From: Cryomorphaceae bacterium
Lineage (GTDB): Bacteria; Bacteroidota; Bacteroidia; Flavobacteriales; Schleiferiaceae
Assembly: GCA_949486955.1 (NCBI GenBank)
Contig: CATAPZ010000008.1
Span: 1 to 36,707 of the forward strand
Length of the DNA stretch: 36,707 nucleotides
Reading direction: 5' to 3'
A program made the translations under genes and the position numbers. Positions 10,132 to 17,579 of this stretch are shown one piece after another. Every line of letters begins with the position of its first letter. Within the stretch, counting starts at the first letter, position 1. The notes below the pieces were generated by a model. That model did no database searches and was not told the origin of the DNA. It saw nothing but the letters and a program-made list of their open reading frames with translations.

Positions 10132-10139
10132 CAAAGTTA
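10132..10139 (-). promoter_or_regulatory. Bacteroidota-type -7 promoter box for the ECF sigma gene
   Basis: The minus strand reads TAACTTTG, ending 26 nt before ATG 10105. It is overlapped by three TGTT-N(2-3)-AC direct repeats. Confidence 0.35.
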
Positions 10140-10203
10140 AACAATATGTTCAAACATTTTGTCTAACAATGAATAAAATTTATTAAACAAATCTCAATAC
10201 CCG

Positions 10204-11082
10204 TTAAATTTGGGCAGTCAAATCCTTTAATGTACTGTAAATGTGAATGTTATCTCCGAAAGTGTTTTCGGAAAAATCATTGAATTGGTACCCTGTTAGG
10301 TGTACCTCTACCCCACGATCGTGTATAAGATCGTCCAAGTCACGCAGGTATTCTGGCAGATATTCGACATCTGGGTTTGTCGTGAAGACTGATATAAGTG
10401 CATCTACCGTTTGATTGTCTAGCAAATCCGTCAGGTATTCCTTCGGTAGACTTTGGCCAAGATAAATTACCCTTTCGCCGCGTTCTTTCAGAACATAGGC
10501 TAAGTAAAGAAGTCCAATCTCGTGAAGCTCATTTGCTGGCAGGAAAAGCGCAAATGTTTTTCCACCATCGCTCGCATGAAGTTCATCAAGGGCAGAGTAC
10601 AACTTTTGGCGAATCATAGATGACATAAAGTGCTCTTGAGAAATACTTACAGATCCGCTGAGCCAAAGTTTTCCTAATTCTTGGATATAATCTCCAATAA
10701 CTTTTTGAAAGGTATTATGGATTCCATGCTTATCGATGCAAGTTGCCATGATGGCTTCGAACCGCTCAATATCAAAGTTCAGTGTACTTAATTTCAACTC
10801 ATTGAGTTCATAAGCGTAATTTCCCTCGTAAGGATCAGCCTCTAGTGCTGATTTTGCAATTTCCTCTGGAGCGAGCTTTGCGATTTGACCAATCTTCCAA
10901 TCGTGTTCTAAAAGTATACATACATTTAAAATTACCCGCAGGTCATCATCACTGTAAAAGCGAATGTTTGTACTTGTTCTCTTAGGTGTAATTAGTTTGT
11001 GACGTTGCTCCCAAGCACGAATGGTGTGGGCTTTAATACCGCTAAGCTGCTCTAAATCTTTTATGGAATAACGTGACTTCAC
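10204..11082 (-). CDS. MerR-family transcriptional regulator with B12-binding domain (CarH/LitR-type light sensor)
   Basis: N-terminal MerR HTH (YSIKDLEQLSGIKAHTIRAWEQR). Wx9EH motif (WLSGSVSISQEH). ExHxxG lower-ligand motif (ELHEIG) followed by YLGQSLP. GTG start codon at 11082. Confidence 0.8.
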   Translation of the reverse strand: MKSRYSIKDLEQLSGIKAHTIRAWEQRHKLITPKRTSTNIRFYSDDDLRVILNVCILLEHDWKIGQIAKLAPEEIAKSALEADPYEGNYAYELNELKLSTLNFDIERFEAIMATCIDKHGIHNTFQKVIGDYIQELGKLWLSGSVSISQEHFMSSMIRQKLYSALDELHASDGGKTFALFLPANELHEIGLLYLAYVLKERGERVIYLGQSLPKEYLTDLLDNQTVDALISVFTTNPDVEYLPEYLRDLDDLIHDRGVEVHLTGYQFNDFSENTFGDNIHIYSTLKDLTAQI

Positions 11083-11165
11083 AAATGATTAACGAATCTG
11101 GGGAAGAAAAGTTTTACTGGTAGCAAGTATAAGTAATTACCACAAACTGACGAGGGTCGCTTTAG

Positions 11166-11173
11166 TATATTTG
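11166..11173 (+). promoter_or_regulatory. Bacteroidota-type -7 promoter box (TAnnTTTG) for prfC
   Basis: Exact TATATTTG ending 17 nt before the prfC ATG. No clear -33 element seen. Confidence 0.35.
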
Positions 11174-11190
11174 CGACAAAATTTAAGTAG

Positions 11191-12771
11191 ATGTCAATCG
11201 AAAAGGAAATTAGTATTCGCAGAACCTTTGGGATTATTTCCCATCCCGATGCTGGAAAAACCACGTTAACAGAAAAACTTCTGTTATTTGGTGGTGCTAT
11301 TCAAGAGGCCGGTGCCGTAAAAAGTAATAAGGTTAAAAAGTCTGCGACATCCGATTTTATGGAGATTGAAAAGCAACGTGGAATATCGGTTGCGACCTCT
11401 GTGATGGGATTCTATTACAAAGACAAGAAGATCAATATCTTGGACACACCTGGTCACCAAGATTTTGCTGAAGATACTTACCGTACACTAACCGCTTGTG
11501 ATAGTGTTATCGTGGTAATTGATGTTGCGAAAGGCGTTGAGCCTCAGACAGAAAAACTAGTACAGGTTTGTCGCATGCGTGCAACACCGATCATAGTGTT
11601 CATTAATAAATTGGATCGCGAAGGAAAAGACGGTTTCGATCTTATTGATGAAGTTGAACAGAAACTCGGTTTGACGCTATGTCCCCTATCCTGGCCCATT
11701 GGTATGGGACAGCGTTTTCAAGGGGTATATAATATGTGGGAAAAGAATCTCAATCTTTACAGTGCCGACAACAAACAGAAAATTAGTGAGGGAACCTCTT
11801 TCGAGGATATTAGTTCACGTGAACTGGACGAATATGTAGGTGATGAGGCCGCTACAGAACTTAGAAATGACCTTGAACTATTAGAAGCTGTGTACCCGCA
11901 ATTTGACCGTTCCGAGTATCTGAGAGGAGCTCTATGTCCCGTTTTTTTTGGTTCTGCGTTAAATAATTTCGGTGTACGCGAATTGCTTGATTGCTTTCAA
12001 GAAATAGCACCTGAGCCTCAGCCTAAGGAGGCCGAGCAAAGACTTGTCCGACCAAATGAGAGTGAATTCTCTGGATTCGTGTTTAAAATTCACGCAAACA
12101 TCGATCCAAACCATAGAAACAGAATCGCCTTTCTCAAAGTAGTCAGCGGTAAGTTTGAACGCAATAAAAACTATGTTCATACTAGAAGTGGTAGGTCATT
12201 TAGAGTTAGTGCTCCGACTGCCTTTATGGCTTCTAAAAAGAGTACTATTGACGAAGCATTTCCTGGAGATATTATAGGTATACCGGATAACGGTACATTC
12301 AGAATTGGAGACACCCTAACTTCAAAAGAACAGTTGCACTATAAAGGCATTCCATCGTTCTCACCAGAGCACTTCAGATTCATCAACAATGCTGATCCAT
12401 TAAAAGCCAAGCAGTTGAACAAAGGAATTGACCAGTTAATGGATGAAGGTGTAGCACAGTTGTTTACCCTTAAACAAAACAATAGGAAGATTATTGGTAC
12501 AGTGGGCGCATTGCAGTATGAAGTGATTCAATACCGTCTCGAACATGAGTATAATGCCAAGTGCTCATATGAGAATTTTCCAGCATTTAAAGCTTGTTGG
12601 ATTGAAAGCAATGACGAGGATCAGCTTAAAGAGTTTTCTACTTTGAAACAACGCTACCTAGCAGAAGACAAGTACGGCCGACTCGTATTCTTAGCCGATT
12701 CTCAGTTTTCTTTGCAAATGGCCCAAGACAAGTTTGATAAGATTACGTTCCATATGAAGAGCGAATTCTAA
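11191..12771 (+). CDS. prfC: peptide chain release factor 3
   Basis: GTPase motifs SHPDAGKTTLTEKLL, DTPGHQDF, NKLD. Full-length 526-aa RF3 architecture. Confidence 0.95.
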   Translation: MSIEKEISIRRTFGIISHPDAGKTTLTEKLLLFGGAIQEAGAVKSNKVKKSATSDFMEIEKQRGISVATSVMGFYYKDKKINILDTPGHQDFAEDTYRTLTACDSVIVVIDVAKGVEPQTEKLVQVCRMRATPIIVFINKLDREGKDGFDLIDEVEQKLGLTLCPLSWPIGMGQRFQGVYNMWEKNLNLYSADNKQKISEGTSFEDISSRELDEYVGDEAATELRNDLELLEAVYPQFDRSEYLRGALCPVFFGSALNNFGVRELLDCFQEIAPEPQPKEAEQRLVRPNESEFSGFVFKIHANIDPNHRNRIAFLKVVSGKFERNKNYVHTRSGRSFRVSAPTAFMASKKSTIDEAFPGDIIGIPDNGTFRIGDTLTSKEQLHYKGIPSFSPEHFRFINNADPLKAKQLNKGIDQLMDEGVAQLFTLKQNNRKIIGTVGALQYEVIQYRLEHEYNAKCSYENFPAFKACWIESNDEDQLKEFSTLKQRYLAEDKYGRLVFLADSQFSLQMAQDKFDKITFHMKSEF

Positions 12772-14135
12772 TGAGTCACATTATAAACTACAGACTTAAT
12801 CAGTTCTCTTGGGCAATAGCTGCGTTATTGCTTCTTCCGCTATTGTTTACAAAAGGTATGTTCTTTGACGGGCTGACCTATGCTTCAATTGCTCGAAATA
12901 TAAATGAGGGAGTTGGCACGTTATGGGTTCCATCGTACACGCCAACTATTCATCCAGAATTTTACGAGCACCCACCCTTCTCATTTGGACTACACAGTAT
13001 TTTCTATCGTTTATTCGGGGATGAGCCCTGGGTTGACCGTATCTACCCATATACCATGTACGGTCTTAGTGTGTTGATGCTTCGAAGAATATGGGTTTTG
13101 TTTGTACCTGCGGGTCACAGGGCTTGGATTCCTCAGCTCCTGTGGACGCTAACACCAACGGTAATATGGGTACATCAAAACAACATGTTAGAAGCACCTC
13201 TTTCTGCCGCAGTGCTATGTGTAGTTTGGCTTCTTTTTGAGGGAACAATGAAAAAGAATTACTTCTGGAGTGTACTTGCGGGGGTTGTCTTCTTCTTCAG
13301 TTTAGGCATTAAGGGTCCAGTGAGTTTATTCCCTTTGATGACCTTACCTATCATGGCCACATTGTATGCTGAGCGAAGAAAAGCTGCGTTGGTTTCGATG
13401 TCTGTCATGATAGTCGTATTTAGCACTCTATTCTCATACTTTTATTTGTACCAACCGGCCTTTGAAAGTTTCTTTTCTGCGTATCTCGACCGACAACTTT
13501 TACCAACTCTTTCTGGAAACCGAGAACAAGCGGGTGGAGCTCTAGAAAGTATTCTAGAAGTTTTAAAGCAGTTGATCCTTCCTATTCTCGTCACTATTGT
13601 ATTTAGGTGGAGAAAAAAAGAAGCTTATACTTTGCAACGTGGAAGTGTATTCTTCTTCCTACTCGCCTTATGCGGTACACTTCCTTTTCTATTTATGGAC
13701 CGCCAACATCATTACTATTTTATGCCATCCATGGCTTTCTGGATGATGGGGTTTGCTATTCATCTTGCACAACATGAGTATCCATGGTCGATTCAGCGGA
13801 AAAAATGGGTGAAAGTAATTTCACTTTCGAACTTGTGTAGTTGGGTTGTAGCCATTGGCCTAAGTATCTATTTCTCAAAGAGTCCTTCTAGAGATAAACA
13901 CGTTATTCATGCACTGGAGTCAATCGACGAGTTATATAAACCTAGCACTATAAAAGTAGATGCCTTGGCTGAAAACTGGCGTTTGGCAGCGATTGTAGAG
14001 AGATATACAGATTACCATTTCACGGAAAGCGATGCGGCATTCTATATTTCAAATATTCCAGGAGAAATTGCTGGATATGAATTTGTAGAAAACTATGCTC
14101 AAACAGATATCTATCTATATAAAAAGAGCCGTTAA
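12771..14135 (+). CDS. GT-C fold membrane glycosyltransferase (ArnT/PMT-like, GT39/GT83-type)
   Basis: About 10 or more hydrophobic segments. First-loop FFDGLTYASIARN, then EHPPF and GIKGP motifs that resemble ArnT/PMT family signatures. Soluble C-terminal ~100 aa. The ATG shares one nt with the prfC TAA (TAATG). Confidence 0.65.
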   Translation: MSHIINYRLNQFSWAIAALLLLPLLFTKGMFFDGLTYASIARNINEGVGTLWVPSYTPTIHPEFYEHPPFSFGLHSIFYRLFGDEPWVDRIYPYTMYGLSVLMLRRIWVLFVPAGHRAWIPQLLWTLTPTVIWVHQNNMLEAPLSAAVLCVVWLLFEGTMKKNYFWSVLAGVVFFFSLGIKGPVSLFPLMTLPIMATLYAERRKAALVSMSVMIVVFSTLFSYFYLYQPAFESFFSAYLDRQLLPTLSGNREQAGGALESILEVLKQLILPILVTIVFRWRKKEAYTLQRGSVFFFLLALCGTLPFLFMDRQHHYYFMPSMAFWMMGFAIHLAQHEYPWSIQRKKWVKVISLSNLCSWVVAIGLSIYFSKSPSRDKHVIHALESIDELYKPSTIKVDALAENWRLAAIVERYTDYHFTESDAAFYISNIPGEIAGYEFVENYAQTDIYLYKKSR

Positions 14136-14155
14136 CCTAAACGGCTAACGGCTCT
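14125..14155. terminator. inverted repeat between convergent genes (candidate bidirectional terminator)
   Basis: AGAGCCGTTA (14125-14134) and TAACGGCTCT (14146-14155) are perfect reverse complements around an 11-nt loop. The repeat overlaps the stop codon of the GT-C gene and lies 24 nt from the fabI stop. There is no strong T-tract. Confidence 0.4.
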
Positions 14156-14178
14156 CTGTATTATAAGTTGGTACAGGA

Positions 14179-15000
14179 CTACTCCTCTCCTTCCATGAAT
14201 TGTTGCATTACCATGTTACTTACGCCCATATTGCTGAATCCTCCATCGTTGTAGAGGTTTTGCATGGTTACACGTCGTGTTAGATCAGAGAACATGGTTA
14301 CAATATAATTGGCACAGTCTTCTGCTGTTGCATTTCCCAATGGTGACATCTTCTCTGCATAAGCGATAAAGCCATCAAACCCTTTAACACCAGATCCTGC
14401 AGTGGTAGGTGTAGGGCTCTGAGAAATGGTATTTACGCGGACGTTGTTTTTAACACCCCAGTGATAACCAAAACTGCGTGCGATACTCTCGAGGTAGCTC
14501 TTGTTATCAGCCATGTCGTTGTAATCCGGGAATGTACGTTGGGCGGCCATGTAAGTTAGCCCGAGAATAGACCCCCACTCGTTCATAGCATCCTTGTTCC
14601 AAGCACATTGCATCACCTTGTGAAAACTTACCGCACTTACATCCCAACCTTTCTGGAGCCAGTCGTAATTAAGCTCCGTATAGTGTTTTCCTTTACGGAC
14701 ATTAACGCTCATTCCTATAGAATGAAGGATGAAATCGATTTTACCCCCAAAGTGTTCCATAGCACCGTCAATTAGTGTGTTAAGATCATCGAGGCTCGTT
14801 GCGTCGGCTGGAATGATGGGAGCATCAATTGCTTCCGAAAGATTATTGAGCTCACCCATGCGCATTGCGATAGGAGCATTCGTCAATACCACTTTACCGC
14901 CTTGTGCATGTATTGCTTCTGCGGCTTTCCAAGCAATTGAATCAGAATTAAGTGCGCCAAATACGATACCGCATTTGCCTTTTAGTAATTCGTTTGACAT
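14179..15000 (-). CDS. fabI: enoyl-[acyl-carrier-protein] reductase (NADH), FabI
   Basis: Collinear with E. coli FabI: HSIG, Yx6K (YNDMADNK), VRVNTISQSP, NDGGFS. Confidence 0.85.
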   Translation of the reverse strand: MSNELLKGKCGIVFGALNSDSIAWKAAEAIHAQGGKVVLTNAPIAMRMGELNNLSEAIDAPIIPADATSLDDLNTLIDGAMEHFGGKIDFILHSIGMSVNVRKGKHYTELNYDWLQKGWDVSAVSFHKVMQCAWNKDAMNEWGSILGLTYMAAQRTFPDYNDMADNKSYLESIARSFGYHWGVKNNVRVNTISQSPTPTTAGSGVKGFDGFIAYAEKMSPLGNATAEDCANYIVTMFSDLTRRVTMQNLYNDGGFSNMGVSNMVMQQFMEGEE

Positions 15001-15022
15001 ACGTTTTGTGTTTTTCGTAATT

Positions 15023-15030
15023 CAAAAATA
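15023..15030 (-). promoter_or_regulatory. Bacteroidota-type -7 promoter box for fabI
   Basis: The minus strand reads TATTTTTG, ending 22 nt before the fabI ATG, inside the 34-nt recN-fabI spacer. Confidence 0.35.
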
Positions 15031-15034
15031 GCAC

Positions 15035-16687
15035 TTACCGTGCGTTGAGCAATGTTTTCGCTTGATTCTTAGCGGCCTGAGAAATATTCTCACCACTTAG
15101 CATTCTTGCTATTTCTTGCTCTCTTTCTTTCAATGTTAAAGGAACAACATTAGAGGTAGTAGAATTGACCTGTTGAGATTTTGATACCAACAAGTGTACA
15201 TCGCCCTTGGCTGCTACCTGAGGAAGATGGGTAATCGTTATAATTTGTTGATTTACAGACATTTCTTTCATCAGCACACCTATCTTCTCAGCCGTTGAGC
15301 CACTAATACCAGAATCTATCTCATCGAAAAGTTGTGTGCTCAATCCAGAATCACGTCCTAAAACGGCTTTTAAAGCCAACTTCACTCTGCTCTGCTCACC
15401 TCCTGAGGCTACCTTGCTTAACGGTTGCATATTCGAACCAGGATTTGCAGCAAACAAAAGTTCTGGCAGATACTTACCATATTTTCCAAAGGACGTTTGA
15501 TTCCAGCTTAATTCTAGCCTAGCCTTCGGCAGGTCAACCCTCACGAGATATTCACTTAGGGTTCTTTCTATCTGTTCTGAAGCCGACTTTCTTAATAAAT
15601 GTAAATCGTTTCCAAGAGCATCAAGATCCACTAATAAACGTTCACGCAGCTCGTTTAATCGAGCAAGTTCTTCGTCCTTATTCTCCAATAATGATATGCG
15701 CTCTCTTATTGTTTCACGCTTTGTCTCAAGTTCTTCAACTGTTAATACTCTATGTTTTTTGACAAGAGCATCAATAGTTGATTTTTCTTGTAATAAAGCA
15801 TTGTATTCGCTTTCGGAGATGGTCTCATTTAAACCCTTAGAAATAGCCCGCTCTACTCCTCTTATTTCAGCGATGATATTCCGTACTTGTTCAAGTTGAT
15901 CTTGAAGTGTTTGGTCGTCAGAAGCTTGCATTAAAGCAGATTCCAGTGAATATAGCTGATCGAGCAATCCATCTTCACTGTTGAGAATACCGCTCGCCTT
16001 TTCGTACGAGACTTGCTCATTCCGAATAGATTTAGCCCGAAGAATACTTTCTTCAAGTGAAATATATTGATCTTGTGTAACCGGGGATTTATTCAACTCT
16101 TCAAACACGAATTTCAAGTAGTCGAGGTCTTCGGATGGGCCAATACTTTCTAATTCCTTGATGGCAAGGATAGCTCTTCTGTATTCAATGTATTTCTCCT
16201 CGTATTCTCTTTTTTCATCGCGAAATTCTATGAAGCTATCAATCAATGAAAGTTGCTCTAGCGGCCTGTGTATTAGACCTTCATCTTTCTGTGAGTTTAT
16301 GTCCACCAAATGGCCAGTGATGTTCTGAAGAGCCGATGCTTTAGTGGGCGTGTCATTTACAAAACATCTCGTTTTACCACTTGGTAGTATCTCCCTTCGA
16401 AAAGTGCTGATCGGCTCGAAATCTAGTTGAAGTGCTTCGAATGCATCTTTAAGATGTTCTTCTATATCAATGGTAATCTCTACAACCGCTTTTTTGGTAA
16501 TGTCCTTGAGGATTCCTTTCGAAGAGATTCTCTTCCCTAAGCCTGCATTGAGTGCACCAAGTAGTATACTTTTTCCAGCGCCTGTTTCGCCGGTAAGCAC
16601 GGTTAAACCGCGAGTAAAATCAAGATGCAACTCGGCAATTAAAATGAAGTTCTTTATGTAGATGGTCCTCAACAACTTATCTGCCAA
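15035..16687 (-). CDS. recN: DNA repair protein RecN
   Basis: Walker A GETGAGKSILLGAL, long coiled-coil middle, SMC signature ASGGEQSRVKLALK, Walker B LFDEIDSG. Confidence 0.9.
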   Translation of the reverse strand: MADKLLRTIYIKNFILIAELHLDFTRGLTVLTGETGAGKSILLGALNAGLGKRISSKGILKDITKKAVVEITIDIEEHLKDAFEALQLDFEPISTFRREILPSGKTRCFVNDTPTKASALQNITGHLVDINSQKDEGLIHRPLEQLSLIDSFIEFRDEKREYEEKYIEYRRAILAIKELESIGPSEDLDYLKFVFEELNKSPVTQDQYISLEESILRAKSIRNEQVSYEKASGILNSEDGLLDQLYSLESALMQASDDQTLQDQLEQVRNIIAEIRGVERAISKGLNETISESEYNALLQEKSTIDALVKKHRVLTVEELETKRETIRERISLLENKDEELARLNELRERLLVDLDALGNDLHLLRKSASEQIERTLSEYLVRVDLPKARLELSWNQTSFGKYGKYLPELLFAANPGSNMQPLSKVASGGEQSRVKLALKAVLGRDSGLSTQLFDEIDSGISGSTAEKIGVLMKEMSVNQQIITITHLPQVAAKGDVHLLVSKSQQVNSTTSNVVPLTLKEREQEIARMLSGENISQAAKNQAKTLLNAR

Positions 16688-17579
16688 ATTTAGAGTAGGA
16701 ACTTGCGTGCGTTCTATCGATAGATTCCAGCATAGCTTGTAGCCCCTTAATGTCGACGCCTAGCGACTCAGCTTCCGAATAGAGACTAATTATCTCAGGA
16801 TTCTTAGCGTCGAAAAAGAGATTCATTAAGTAGCTGTTCGGACGCTTTTGGTTCGGTTCCTCAAGCTTACGAAGCGCTGTTGTTATTGTCGTCAATGCCT
16901 GTTTATGATTACTGCTCATGTGCATCAAATCTAAGCCTTGTCTGTGGTATAGATATAAGCACTCCTTTACAGGTTCAAACGCTGGTGAATTCAAGGCATC
17001 AGATATCCAAAATCTATTTTTATTTCCGTCAAAACTTTTCCAACCACTTGCTCCACCACTACTCTGCGCTGTGGTGACGATGCTTTGAGCTATAGCGAAT
17101 TCGGCATCTCCACCGTTCGATTTAAAGGTCGATCGATCCATACCAATGATGGTATAGGAATAAAATGCCAGTATACTACTCAGGTTTGTGGTGAATGTAT
17201 TTTGTTGGAATTCAATCGGTTCATTTTCACGATAACTAAAGACTACATCTTTATCCAACACATTCAACACTGGACTATTGTATTGTGAACCATATATTGG
17301 GCGAGAATATTGCACTTGCAAATTCCCGTCAAAACGAGCTCCATTCATAGCTTCAATGGTTAAAATGAAACTACAGGCTATCCTTTCCTCGTCAGCATAC
17401 TTGTGTTCTGTGAAAGTATACCCGTTTAAAAAACTCTGTACGGTATTTTCCAAGGCAACAAATACATCCTTATTCGTTGTCTGTATTTCAGGGCTTAGAA
17501 CCTTTACAGTAGCCCGAAGTTCTTGGGCCTGCGCAGTAGTTAGGGTAACTAAAGCAACAAAAAGAAGAATCTTACGCAT
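16677..17579 (-). CDS. secreted protein of unknown function (DUF4835-like by synteny and recollection)
   Basis: Signal peptide MRKILLFVALVTLTTAQA/QE if ATG 17579 is used (ORF track: 17597). Sits between coaBC and recN as in other Bacteroidota. Overlaps both neighbours. Confidence 0.65.
   Translation of the reverse strand: MRKILLFVALVTLTTAQAQELRATVKVLSPEIQTTNKDVFVALENTVQSFLNGYTFTEHKYADEERIACSFILTIEAMNGARFDGNLQVQYSRPIYGSQYNSPVLNVLDKDVVFSYRENEPIEFQQNTFTTNLSSILAFYSYTIIGMDRSTFKSNGGDAEFAIAQSIVTTAQSSGGASGWKSFDGNKNRFWISDALNSPAFEPVKECLYLYHRQGLDLMHMSSNHKQALTTITTALRKLEEPNQKRPNSYLMNLFFDAKNPEIISLYSEAESLGVDIKGLQAMLESIDRTHASSYSKFGR

Noticed and set aside
10106-10153. Sixteen-codon N-terminal extension of the ECF sigma ORF.
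   Set aside because: An exact TAACTTTG -7 promoter box lies inside it, and sigma region 2 alignment does not need these residues. The extension cannot be fully excluded without transcription start site data.
11143-11150. GTAATTAC palindrome in the regulator-prfC spacer as a possible autoregulatory operator.
   Set aside because: An 8-bp AT-rich palindrome is expected by chance in an AT-rich spacer. It has no repeat partners and no similarity to the repeats upstream of the sigma gene.
11079-11264. 61-aa minus-strand ORF spanning the regulator-prfC divergent spacer and the prfC start.
   Set aside because: It lies antisense to the highly conserved prfC N-terminus and covers the promoter region. 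It has low-complexity hydrophobic content and no family resemblance.
11191-12771. Programmed frameshift or recoding in the release-factor gene.
   Set aside because: The gene is prfC (a GTPase), not prfB, and the ORF is continuous at full length.
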